DNA of 64,000 bases from an uncultured Gemmatimonadales bacterium (GTDB lineage Bacteria > Gemmatimonadota > Gemmatimonadetes > Gemmatimonadales > GWC2-71-9). The notes below the pieces were generated by a model. It saw nothing but the letters and a program-made list of their open reading frames with translations, searched no databases and was not told the origin of the DNA. Every line of letters starts with the position of its first letter. Positions within the stretch are counted from its first letter, which is position 1. Location of the stretch: positions 544,001 through 608,000 of the forward strand of contig CAVSLV010000001.1 in the NCBI GenBank assembly GCA_963728915.1, read 5' to 3'. Made by a program: the position numbers and the translations under genes. Positions 9,397-18,406 of this stretch are shown piece after piece.

Positions 9397-11403
9397 ATGA
9401 GTCGGGCGACTTCGATGGTCATCCTGCTGGTGACGGCTTCGGGAATGACGGCAACGGCGCAGAGCCCGCGCCCGATCCGGCTCACCGACCTGGCCCGCTT
9501 CCGCAACGTGAGCGACCCGGAGCTTTCGCCGGATGGCGCCTGGGTCGCCTACACGGTCTCCACCGTGGATACCGCCAAAAACAGATCGAGCTCCGACATC
9601 TGGATGACGTCGTGGGACGGGGCCCAGACTCTGCGCCTGACGTTTTCCCCCGACAATGAATCATCGCCCCGCTGGAGCCCGGATGGGCGCTGGCTGGCAT
9701 TTCTCTCCGGGCGTCAGGAAGGGCACGGTTCCCAGGTCTGGCTGCTGGATCGGCGCGGCGGCGAGGCGCAGCGGATCACCATGGTGAAGGACGGGGTCTC
9801 GGGCGTCGAGTGGTCCCCCGACAGCAAGCGGCTCGCGATGGTCGGGAGCATCAACGCGGATAGCCTCGCAGCAAAGCGCGACAGCACCAGGAAGTACCCC
9901 ATCGTGATCAACCGGTATCAGTTCAAGGAGGACGTCGAGGGCTATCTCCAGACGACGCACTCGCATCTGCTGCTCTTCGATATCGCGTCGAAGAAGCTGG
10001 ACACCCTCACCACCGGAGCGGTGGACGACGAATCGCCGCGGTGGTCGCCGGATGGCGGTGCGCTCTCCTTCATCCGGTCCGTTCCGGCGGAGCCCGGAGT
10101 GGGCGAGGAATCCGATCTCTGGGTGATCGATGCGCGCGCAGGCTCCCAGCCCCGGCAGCTCACCACTACCCGCGGGCCTGACCGGGGTCCGCCGGCCTGG
10201 AGTCCCGATGGCCAGTGGATCGCCTTCCTTCGCACCGACGAGCCCAAGTGGTACGCCTATCAGCAGAACAAGCTGGCGCTGGTTCGGAGCGACGGCAGCG
10301 AGATGCGAGTCGTCACCGGTGGGCTCGACCGGGCAGTGAATCGCCCGGTGTTCCTGGCCGGCGGCCAGACCCTGCTGGCCATGATGGACGACGACCGGGA
10401 ATCGGTTCTGATCCGGGTTCACCTGCCCGACGGCAAGGTGGACCGCCTGGTGGATGGACGCCACCTGGTGCATTCGTTTTCCACCACACCCGGGGGTGCC
10501 GGGAAAACTGCGCTGCTCCTGAGCACGTCCGACCGGCCCTCCGAGATCTGGGCCGCCGACGGCGACAGGCTGCGGCAGCTCTCGCATCAGAACGATTCGC
10601 TCATGGCGGAGCTGGTGGTGGCGCCGATCGAGGGACTCACCTCGCACAGCGGTGACGGCACCGAGGTGCACAGCATCGTGGTCCGTCCGGCGGGCTCGAC
10701 GCCTGGGAAGCCGCTGCCCACCATCTTCTACATCCACGGCGGACCCAACTCGCAGAACGACTACGGCTACACCTTCGAGCACCAGTTCTTCGCCGCCAAC
10801 GGCTACGCGGTGATCTCGGTGAATTACCGGGGCAGTGATGGCCGGGGGCTCGCCTATCAGCGCGCCATCTTCGCCGACTGGGGTCACAAGGAAGTCATGG
10901 ACATCCTGGGGGCGGTGGACGAGGCGGTGAAGCAGGGTATCGCGGACCCGGATCGCCTGGCCATCGGCGGCTGGAGCTACGGCGGGATTCTCACCGATTA
11001 CACCATCGCCACCACGACCCGCTTCAAGGCCGCGGTGAGCGGGGCGGGCAGCGCGCTGCAGCTTTCGCTCTTCGGAGTGGACGAATACGCCGAGCAGTAT
11101 GAGCTCGAGCTCGGGCCGCCGTGGAGCAACCGCGATTTGTGGCTCAAGCTCTCGTATGCCTACTTCGATGCCCCGAAGATCAAGACCCCGACCCTGTTCC
11201 TCGGCGGGCAGGCGGATTTCAACGTGCCGATTGTCGGGGGCGAGCAGATGTACCAGGCTCTCCGGCTCCTCGGCGTACCGACCGAGCTGGTGGTGTATCC
11301 CAACCAGTTCCATGGACTGACGGTGCCGAGCTTCAGGGCGGACTACCGGCAGCGGTTTCTGGACTGGGTGAGCAAGTACCTGAATGGCAGTCCGATGCCG
11401 TGA
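9397..11403 (+). CDS. S9 family peptidase (acylaminoacyl/dipeptidyl aminopeptidase) with PD40 propeller
   Basis: Signal peptide; WSPDG repeats; IHGGP; NYRGS; GGWSYGG nucleophile; D-x-NVP; YP-x-x-FHG. Confidence 0.95.
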   Translation: MSRATSMVILLVTASGMTATAQSPRPIRLTDLARFRNVSDPELSPDGAWVAYTVSTVDTAKNRSSSDIWMTSWDGAQTLRLTFSPDNESSPRWSPDGRWLAFLSGRQEGHGSQVWLLDRRGGEAQRITMVKDGVSGVEWSPDSKRLAMVGSINADSLAAKRDSTRKYPIVINRYQFKEDVEGYLQTTHSHLLLFDIASKKLDTLTTGAVDDESPRWSPDGGALSFIRSVPAEPGVGEESDLWVIDARAGSQPRQLTTTRGPDRGPPAWSPDGQWIAFLRTDEPKWYAYQQNKLALVRSDGSEMRVVTGGLDRAVNRPVFLAGGQTLLAMMDDDRESVLIRVHLPDGKVDRLVDGRHLVHSFSTTPGGAGKTALLLSTSDRPSEIWAADGDRLRQLSHQNDSLMAELVVAPIEGLTSHSGDGTEVHSIVVRPAGSTPGKPLPTIFYIHGGPNSQNDYGYTFEHQFFAANGYAVISVNYRGSDGRGLAYQRAIFADWGHKEVMDILGAVDEAVKQGIADPDRLAIGGWSYGGILTDYTIATTTRFKAAVSGAGSALQLSLFGVDEYAEQYELELGPPWSNRDLWLKLSYAYFDAPKIKTPTLFLGGQADFNVPIVGGEQMYQALRLLGVPTELVVYPNQFHGLTVPSFRADYRQRFLDWVSKYLNGSPMP

Positions 11404-11421
11404 GCTCCGGCCTGGAGCACG

Positions 11422-12648
11422 CTACCGCTTCACCAGCTCGACTCTCCGATTGCGCGCGCGCCCCTCCGGACTGCCATTGTCGGCGACCGGCTTGGTATCG
11501 GCGAAGCCGGCCGTGGTGAGTCGGCTCGCGGCGATTCCGTGCCCCACCAGGTACGCCTTGACGCTGGCCGCTCGTTCCTCGGACAGGCTCTGGTTGTGAG
11601 GGCGGGCTCCGGTGTTGTCGGTATGTCCCTCGATGCCAAGCTTCAGGGAAGCATCGGCGCCGAGAAGTTTCACGATCTGGGAAAGGGTCGCCTCCGATTC
11701 CGGCTTGATGGTGGCGGAGTCGGTATCGAAGTAGATGCCATAGAGCGCCACGTGGCCGTTGCGGTCCAGCTCCTCCCGGAGCCTCCGGGCTTCCGCCTGG
11801 GCGCCGGGATCGGCGAGGCCGACGGTGTAGCCCTGGTTGGTGACGTGAAAGGTGAGCCAGAGATCGCGGCCTCCCCTGGCATAGTGGCTCGACAGCGTGG
11901 CGTCCCCGGAGCTCGTGCCGCCGCTGTTCTTGACGATCTTCCAGCCGGCCTGTCCTAACGCGCTGGCATAGACCTCGTTGAACTCGAACGGAGAGAGGTC
12001 GGCCGGGCCGGTGTAGGTCGCCTGCCAGAGCGGACGTCCCACCCAGTGGCTCTCCTCTCCGGGGACGGTGATCTCGATCACTCCGTCGGCCAGCACTTGG
12101 GACGTCTTCAGCACGCTCCCGGGGAAGTGGCTGAGGTAGATCGGCTCGGATCCACCCGTCAGCGGCTCGGGCTCCGTGCCGGGCGCCGACAGGAAGATCC
12201 CGCGACCCGGGGTGGACTGCTCCACCACGCTGATCCGCAGGAAGTCAGAGCCGCCCTCCAGGTGAAGCCAGGAGGTCACTCCCGCCTGCTCCCGCTTCGC
12301 GATGATCCAGGGCATCTCCTGGAGGATGGTCCAGTGCTGCGCCACGAGCAGCGGACGCTCCACCGCGTCGAAGGCGGCCTGGTCCATACGGGTGGCTGGG
12401 GGCGGGGTCATCTTTGCCGTAAGCAGCCAGGTGTGGCCTTCCGCGAAGACGCGAACCGTGGGATTGGCCGGGCCAGGCTTGTAGTCGAAAGGCTCTTTCC
12501 CGCGCTCGACGTAGACCTGGCCGCCGCCGGTGGAGAGGACGAATCCCGGCACCAGGAGCACGTAGTCGGGCAGTGGCTTCGAGGCCTGATACCAGGGCGC
12601 ACCGGTCGCGAGCGCGAACAGGGACGAGGCAACGATCGGGATGAACAT
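11422..12648 (-). CDS. OmpA-family peptidoglycan-binding domain protein
   Basis: C-terminal GIYFDTDSATIK, IEGHTDNTG, NQSLSEERA, GRARNRRVEL; N-terminal signal peptide. Confidence 0.9.
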   Translation of the reverse strand: MFIPIVASSLFALATGAPWYQASKPLPDYVLLVPGFVLSTGGGQVYVERGKEPFDYKPGPANPTVRVFAEGHTWLLTAKMTPPPATRMDQAAFDAVERPLLVAQHWTILQEMPWIIAKREQAGVTSWLHLEGGSDFLRISVVEQSTPGRGIFLSAPGTEPEPLTGGSEPIYLSHFPGSVLKTSQVLADGVIEITVPGEESHWVGRPLWQATYTGPADLSPFEFNEVYASALGQAGWKIVKNSGGTSSGDATLSSHYARGGRDLWLTFHVTNQGYTVGLADPGAQAEARRLREELDRNGHVALYGIYFDTDSATIKPESEATLSQIVKLLGADASLKLGIEGHTDNTGARPHNQSLSEERAASVKAYLVGHGIAASRLTTAGFADTKPVADNGSPEGRARNRRVELVKR

Positions 12649-13583
12649 CAGTGAATGGAAGCCTCCACCCGGCGGATGAAGTCGCGGACCACCCGGAGCA
12701 CCTCCTCCGGGTTGTCGTTCTCGGTGGAATGGGCCGAATTGGGGATGACAGCGAACTCCGCTCCGGGCACCATTCGGGAGAACATCTCGGTTGAGGCGGG
12801 CGTCGCCTCATCGTACTGACCGGCCACGAACAGGGTGGGAACCCGGATCGCCTTGATCCACTCGGTCGCATCGAAGTCGGTGAGCGTTCCGGTCGCGCGG
12901 AACTCGCTCGGTCCCCACATGTACTGGTAGACCAGCTCGCCATGGGTCCTTCGCGCACTGTCCGCATCGGCGGGTGAGCGCACCGGATTCCGCCGGACAT
13001 AGCGGGCGTAGTACTCCCGCATCGCGGCCTGGTATTCGGGCGAATCGGTGGTGCCGGCTGCCTCGTGCTTCGCGATCGCCTGCTGCATGGAATCGGGAAG
13101 GGTGCGCACCAGTGAATCGGCGTCCTGCTGCCATTGCTTCGTCGTTACCAGGGGATCCGCGAGCACCACGCTCCGCACCCCGGTCGGATTGGTGGCCATG
13201 TAGGCCTCGACCAGCATGGCGCCCCAGGAACGCCCGTAGAGATGCACTTCGGTGAGGTGGAGTGAATCCCTGAGGGCCTGGAGCTCGGCGACGAAGCGAT
13301 CGACCGTGAAGAGCGTCGTATCGGTGGGGTGATCGGACTTGCCGCACCCGAGCTGGTCGTAGCGGATCACGACCCGGTCGTCGCCCAGGGCGGCCCAGGG
13401 CTTGAGACCGAAGCTGGTGCTGCCGGGGCCGCCGTGGATGACGATGAGCGGGATGCCCTTCCCGTTCCCCATCTTCGCGTACCAGATCCGGCCGCCCGGC
13501 ACCTGGATGAATCCTTCGTTCGTCCGCGCCGATCCGCCACAACCAGCCAGAAGCGCGAGGACCGCCATGAGCCGGTTCGTCAT
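12648..13583 (-). CDS. pip: Proline iminopeptidase-family (S33) hydrolase, lipoprotein
   Basis: HGGPG, YDQLGCGKSD, GRSWG nucleophile, YQYMWGPSEF, GQYDEA, SAH; lipobox LLAGC. Confidence 0.88.
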   Translation of the reverse strand: MTNRLMAVLALLAGCGGSARTNEGFIQVPGGRIWYAKMGNGKGIPLIVIHGGPGSTSFGLKPWAALGDDRVVIRYDQLGCGKSDHPTDTTLFTVDRFVAELQALRDSLHLTEVHLYGRSWGAMLVEAYMATNPTGVRSVVLADPLVTTKQWQQDADSLVRTLPDSMQQAIAKHEAAGTTDSPEYQAAMREYYARYVRRNPVRSPADADSARRTHGELVYQYMWGPSEFRATGTLTDFDATEWIKAIRVPTLFVAGQYDEATPASTEMFSRMVPGAEFAVIPNSAHSTENDNPEEVLRVVRDFIRRVEASIH

Positions 13584-15016
13584 GGCGCCTTCGTCACCAC
13601 CGGCGCAATTCCCGTGGCCCGGAGCGGCTCCGCCACTACCGCGCTGTCGCCTACGATCACGATGTTGAGATGGCCCAGGTCGATGTATTTCTTCGCCACC
13701 CGGACCAGGTCGTCCCGGGTGACCGCGTCGATGTGGCGCGGGTACTCCTGATAGAACGTGGTGGGGAGGCCCTGGACGAAGAGCTGGGCCACGGCGTTGC
13801 CGATCCCGTTCACCGAGCTGAAGCGCCGGGGCAGGGACTGAATCAGCGACTCCTTGCCCTGGGTGATCTCGTCTTCGGTAAAGGGGATCTCTCCCTCGAC
13901 CCCGCGAAGCTCTTTCATGAACTCGATCAGGGCGCTGTCGGTCTTGGCGGTCACGATCCCGCCACCGGCCCGGAACGGCCCCGGCCCGTGTCCGAACGCG
14001 AAGCTCGAGTTGACTCCGTAGCTGTAGCCCTTCACCTCCCGGATGTTGTGATTGAGCCGCGACTGGAAGAGCCCGCCGAGCAGGTTGTTCATCACCTGGA
14101 GGGCATAGTAGTCCGGGGTGGCGCGGACCGGGCCGGGTAACCCGATTGCGAACACCGACTGCGCCGCCTTGGGCTTGTCCACCAGGTAGATCGTGGTGGC
14201 CTGCGGCGCGGGCACCGGCGGGTACTGCCAGGACGGTGCGGCGCCGCCCGGGCTCCAGCCCGAGAGCGCGGCTTCGACCATGGTCTTGACCCGGGCAGGG
14301 TCGACGTCGCCGGTCACCGTGATCACGGCGCGTCCGGGACGGAAATAGTCCCGGTGGAACGCGAGGACGTCATCGCGGGTTATGGCGTTGACGGTGGCCT
14401 CGGTGGTCACCCGGCCGTAGGGATGCCCGGTGCCGTAGAGGGTGCGGGCAAAGACGTTGGCGGCGATGGCATTGGGCTGGTCCCGGGCCTGCTGGAGCTG
14501 CACCAGGGTCCGGCCCCGGATCCGCTCCAGGGCCGGCTCCGGGAACGTCGAATGGAGCAGCATGTCGGCCAGGAGGCCCAGCGCCGGCTCGAGCTTGTCG
14601 CGCAAGGCGGTGAAGCCGATCGCGCCGGTTTCGCCCGAGACATTCGCGAAGATCTGGGTCCCGAGTTGCTGCTGCGCCTCGGAGAGCTGGTCGGCAGTCC
14701 GGGTGTCGGTGCCTTCGGAAAGCATCTGGGTGGTGAACTGCGCGGTGCCCAGCTTGCCGGCGGGTTCGAAGTTATAGCTCCCGCCCACGAAGTTGATGGT
14801 GAACGCGACCAGAGGCAGATCATGCTTCGGAGTCACCACCAGCAACGCTCCATTGGATAGCCGGGTGCTGGTCCAGGCCGGGACCTGAATCGCTCTGGTC
14901 GGGCCCGGTTTGGGCACCTGATTGCGGTCGAGGGTCTGCGCCGCGAGTCCGGGCAGGACGGGTCCCGCGAGCGCCATGGCGAGCGCGGCCGGGGCCGCTT
15001 GAACGAATCGGATCAC
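13580..15016 (-). CDS. M16 peptidase, non-catalytic subunit
   Basis: LSNG, N-x-x-LGG-x-F-x-SRL-x-x-NIRE-x-KGYSYG; lacks HxxEH; signal peptide. Confidence 0.92.
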   Translation of the reverse strand: MIRFVQAAPAALAMALAGPVLPGLAAQTLDRNQVPKPGPTRAIQVPAWTSTRLSNGALLVVTPKHDLPLVAFTINFVGGSYNFEPAGKLGTAQFTTQMLSEGTDTRTADQLSEAQQQLGTQIFANVSGETGAIGFTALRDKLEPALGLLADMLLHSTFPEPALERIRGRTLVQLQQARDQPNAIAANVFARTLYGTGHPYGRVTTEATVNAITRDDVLAFHRDYFRPGRAVITVTGDVDPARVKTMVEAALSGWSPGGAAPSWQYPPVPAPQATTIYLVDKPKAAQSVFAIGLPGPVRATPDYYALQVMNNLLGGLFQSRLNHNIREVKGYSYGVNSSFAFGHGPGPFRAGGGIVTAKTDSALIEFMKELRGVEGEIPFTEDEITQGKESLIQSLPRRFSSVNGIGNAVAQLFVQGLPTTFYQEYPRHIDAVTRDDLVRVAKKYIDLGHLNIVIVGDSAVVAEPLRATGIAPVVTKAP

Positions 15017-16446
15017 TGGCTCTTTCCCCCTTGCCCGATGAGATAGTGGCCGCCATCGGGCGCGACGGTGACCTTGACGCTCTGTTCCGGCTTCGACGCC
15101 TCTTCGCTCTTGCCGACCGGGACCACGCTCAGGACCGCCCGCTTCGCGGTGAGGTACCTGGCGGCGACCCGCTGGACGTCCGCCGGCGTGGTGGCCTTGA
15201 GCCGGGCGTATTCTTTCTGATACCAGCCAGGATCGCCATGGAACACTTCGCCGGAGGCGAGGGTTTCGGCTTTCCCGAGGTTGGATTCGAGGCCGGACAC
15301 GAAGCGGAACTCCACTCCGGCAATCGCGCGGGCCAGCTCGTCGGTGGTGGGCCCTTCCCGAATCAGCCGGGCGATGACCGAGTCGGCGTCGGCTTCCAGC
15401 TCCGCCAGCGTATGCCCGGGCCGGGGCGTGAGAAAGACCAGCATGGCGCCGTTCAGCTCGTTGGTATCATGGAACGCGCCCACCGACGCCGCGGACTGCT
15501 GGTCGTAGACCAGCGCCTTGGTCAGACGAGCGGTCCGCGGCCCGGAGAGAATGTCGGCCAGCAGGTCGAGTGCCTGGCTGTCCTCGCCGTTTTCCCCGGC
15601 GGCGTTCCAGGCGAGGTAGAGCCTCGGCACCTGGACCCGATCCTCGAACACCATCCGTTTTTCGCCGGGCATCTCCGCCGCCGCCACCGCGGGGCGGGAG
15701 ATCGGCGCGCCGCGGGGCAGATCCCCGAAGTATCTGGCGACCCATGCTTTGGCCTCGGCCGGGTCGAAATCGCCCACGATCGCGAGGGTGGCGTTGGAGG
15801 GCGCGTAATAGACGCGGAAGAACTGCTTCACGTCCTCGACGGTCGCCTTCTGGAGATCGGCCATGTAGCCCACCACCGGCCAGGCGTAGGGATTCGACTC
15901 GGGCAACATCGCCGCGGTCAGAATCTCGAAGGCGCGGCCGTACGGCTGGTTGTCGATACCCTGGCGCCGTTCGTTCTGCACGATCTCCCGCTGGGCCACG
16001 AATTTGTCCTGGTCCAGCTTGTCGAGCAGGAACCCCATCCGGTCCGATTCCAGCCAGAGCGCGCTCTCGAGGTAGTTGCCGGGAACGTTTTCGTAATAGT
16101 TGGTCCGGTCGTTGGTCGTGGAGCCGTTGTTGTTGCCACCGACTCCTTCGGTGAGCCGATCATGCATGCCGTAGGGCACGTGGCCGGAGCCGGTGAACAT
16201 CACGTGCTCGAACATGTGGGCGAAGCCGGTCCGGCCCGGCACTTCGTTCTTGGAGCCGACATGGTACCACACGTCCACCGCCACCTGGGGCGTGGTCCGG
16301 CTCACCGAGAGGATGACGTCGAGCCCGTTGGGCAGCGTGTAGCGCTGGAACGGGATCGAGAGGCTCGGCGCTGGAGCCTGCGCCTCGATCGGGACGGCGC
16401 CTGGTCCGAGCAGGACCAGTGCTGCAAGGATATGGCGCGGATTCAT
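15013..16446 (-). CDS. M16 zinc peptidase, catalytic subunit
   Basis: YHVGSKNE..GRTGFAHMFEHVMF (inverted HxxEH); LWLESDRM; start at MNPRH (ATG 16446). Confidence 0.95.
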   Translation of the reverse strand: MNPRHILAALVLLGPGAVPIEAQAPAPSLSIPFQRYTLPNGLDVILSVSRTTPQVAVDVWYHVGSKNEVPGRTGFAHMFEHVMFTGSGHVPYGMHDRLTEGVGGNNNGSTTNDRTNYYENVPGNYLESALWLESDRMGFLLDKLDQDKFVAQREIVQNERRQGIDNQPYGRAFEILTAAMLPESNPYAWPVVGYMADLQKATVEDVKQFFRVYYAPSNATLAIVGDFDPAEAKAWVARYFGDLPRGAPISRPAVAAAEMPGEKRMVFEDRVQVPRLYLAWNAAGENGEDSQALDLLADILSGPRTARLTKALVYDQQSAASVGAFHDTNELNGAMLVFLTPRPGHTLAELEADADSVIARLIREGPTTDELARAIAGVEFRFVSGLESNLGKAETLASGEVFHGDPGWYQKEYARLKATTPADVQRVAARYLTAKRAVLSVVPVGKSEEASKPEQSVKVTVAPDGGHYLIGQGGKSQ

Positions 16447-16922
16447 TTCTGTTGACCCGTCCTTTGCCGGATGGCGCCGAGGTGGTAAGCGGAATGGGCG
16501 ATGCCCCCGAAGGCGATGCCCAGAGAGTCTTCGTCCCATCGCTGGCAGCGTCCCACGGCGACCAGCAACCCGTCGTAGGCTCGCCGCAGGTCGGCCTTCA
16601 GCGCGGTCCACTCCCGATCGTCCACCGCCGGGGCGGACCATCCCTGCTTCCGGTCCAGCGCGACCTCCTCGCCATGGAGGAGGCGGGTGGTGGAGCGAAT
16701 ACTGGAGGCCAGGTGCTGCACGTGACCGGCGACGGTCGACCCGCTCGGTCCGCCTTTGGTCGAGGCGTCGGCCGCCGTCATGCCACCGATGGTCGAGAAC
16801 AGACCGGTGCCCGGGTTCGTGTCGGTGAAGTAGGTCCAGGGGCCCGGCGCGCCCTCGAAGGCTTCCTTGAACATGCGGATGACCAGTTCCATCATCACGG
16901 GAGCCGGGGGGGTCTCGTTCAT
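16443..16922 (-). CDS. DinB-like protein
   Basis: TVAGHVQHL and IAHSAYHLGAIRQ DinB metal-binding His pattern; start uncertain (16922 or 16949). Confidence 0.78.
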   Translation of the reverse strand: MNETPPAPVMMELVIRMFKEAFEGAPGPWTYFTDTNPGTGLFSTIGGMTAADASTKGGPSGSTVAGHVQHLASSIRSTTRLLHGEEVALDRKQGWSAPAVDDREWTALKADLRRAYDGLLVAVGRCQRWDEDSLGIAFGGIAHSAYHLGAIRQRTGQQK

Positions 16923-17008
16923 GAAGAGTCTCGCAGTTGCGCCCGCCATGAACTTAGCAGCACGTTGCTGGTTGTGTTCCCGACCGACCCCGATAGCTTT
17001 AGGCATCC

Positions 17009-18406
17009 ATGGCTCCCATACCAGAACGCCTCGCTGCCGCGCTGAGCGGTAGCTACCGCATCGAGCGTGAGGTCGGAGTCGGTGGGATGGCCACGGTCTA
17101 CCTGGCGCACGACCTCAAACACGACCGGCAGGTCGCTCTCAAGATTCTCCGACCCGAGCTCTCCGCCGCGATGGGGACCGACCGGTTCCCGCGCGAAATC
17201 CACATCATTGCCCAGATGCAGCACCCCCACATCCTGCCGCTCTACGACTCGGGTGCGGTGGATGGCTTCCTCTACTACGTCATGCCGTTCGTGGAGGGCG
17301 AGTCCCTTCATGCCCGGCTTGCCCGGGTCGGGCCGCTGCCGATCAACGAAACGGTCCGGCTGCTCCAGGAGATCACCGACGCGCTCTCGTACGCGCATGC
17401 CCGGGGCATCGTCCACCGCGATATCAAGCCCGACAATGTGATGCTGTCGGGGCGCCACGCGGTTGTCACGGACTTCGGAGTCGCGAAGGCGGTGAGCGCT
17501 TCGGCCGGTGACAAGCTCACCACGGTGGGCATCGCGGTGGGGACCCCGCAATACATGGCGCCCGAACAGGCGACGGCTGAAACCACGATCGATCACCGGG
17601 CCGATCTCTATGCCCTGGCCATCATGGCGTACGAGATGCTGACCGGGCATCCGCCGTTCGAGGCCACCACGGCGCAGCAGATTCTCTCGGCCCACGTCCT
17701 GGAGCAGCCCAAGGACGTGCGCGAATGGCGCCCCGACGTGCCACCGGTCCTGGCCGAGGCGCTGCTCAAGTGCCTGGCGAAGAATCCCGCGGATCGCTGG
17801 CAGAACGCCGACGAGCTGCTCGCCCAGCTCGAGCTGGTCGCGTCGACGCCGAGCGGCGGCGTCACGCCGACCAGGACCAAGCCGTTCCGGGCGGTGGGCG
17901 CGGGAGTCGCGAAGAAGGCCGGCCGGCGCACCCTGGTCGGAATCGTGGCCGGGGCGGTGCTGATTCTCGGCGGCGGCGGGGCCGCCCTCCTCCTCAAGGG
18001 CGGGTCGCACGGGATTCAGCGGATCGCGGTCATGCCGATCGAAGACATCTCGGGCAAGGATCCCACCTTCGTCGACGCGATGCAGGACGCCTTGACCACC
18101 GCGCTCAACAAGCTCGGCAAGGTTGGGGTGGCGCCGCGCTCCGCCGTGATGCCATACAAGACGAATCCCAAACCGACGCGAGAAGTCGCAAAGGATTTGA
18201 GCCTGGATGCGGTTCTGGAAGCGACGGTGTTCCGCTCCGGAGATGTGATGCGCATCAACATGCAGTTCAGCGATCCGGCCACCACTCGAAGCCTCTGGTC
18301 GGAGACCTACGAGCGGGATGTGAAAGACGTGCTGGCGGCCCAGAATGAAATCGTGAACCTCACCGCGCAGGCGGTGGCCAAAGTCCTTGAAGGAGCGAAG
18401 AAATGA
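17009..18406 (+). CDS. Hanks-type Ser/Thr protein kinase with TM helix and C-terminal TolB-N-like alpha/beta domain
   Basis: GVGGMATVY, VALK, HRDIKPDN, DFG, GTPQYMAPE; TM helix; RIAVMP...LWSETYERD..DVLAAQ. Confidence 0.95.
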   Translation: MAPIPERLAAALSGSYRIEREVGVGGMATVYLAHDLKHDRQVALKILRPELSAAMGTDRFPREIHIIAQMQHPHILPLYDSGAVDGFLYYVMPFVEGESLHARLARVGPLPINETVRLLQEITDALSYAHARGIVHRDIKPDNVMLSGRHAVVTDFGVAKAVSASAGDKLTTVGIAVGTPQYMAPEQATAETTIDHRADLYALAIMAYEMLTGHPPFEATTAQQILSAHVLEQPKDVREWRPDVPPVLAEALLKCLAKNPADRWQNADELLAQLELVASTPSGGVTPTRTKPFRAVGAGVAKKAGRRTLVGIVAGAVLILGGGGAALLLKGGSHGIQRIAVMPIEDISGKDPTFVDAMQDALTTALNKLGKVGVAPRSAVMPYKTNPKPTREVAKDLSLDAVLEATVFRSGDVMRINMQFSDPATTRSLWSETYERDVKDVLAAQNEIVNLTAQAVAKVLEGAKK

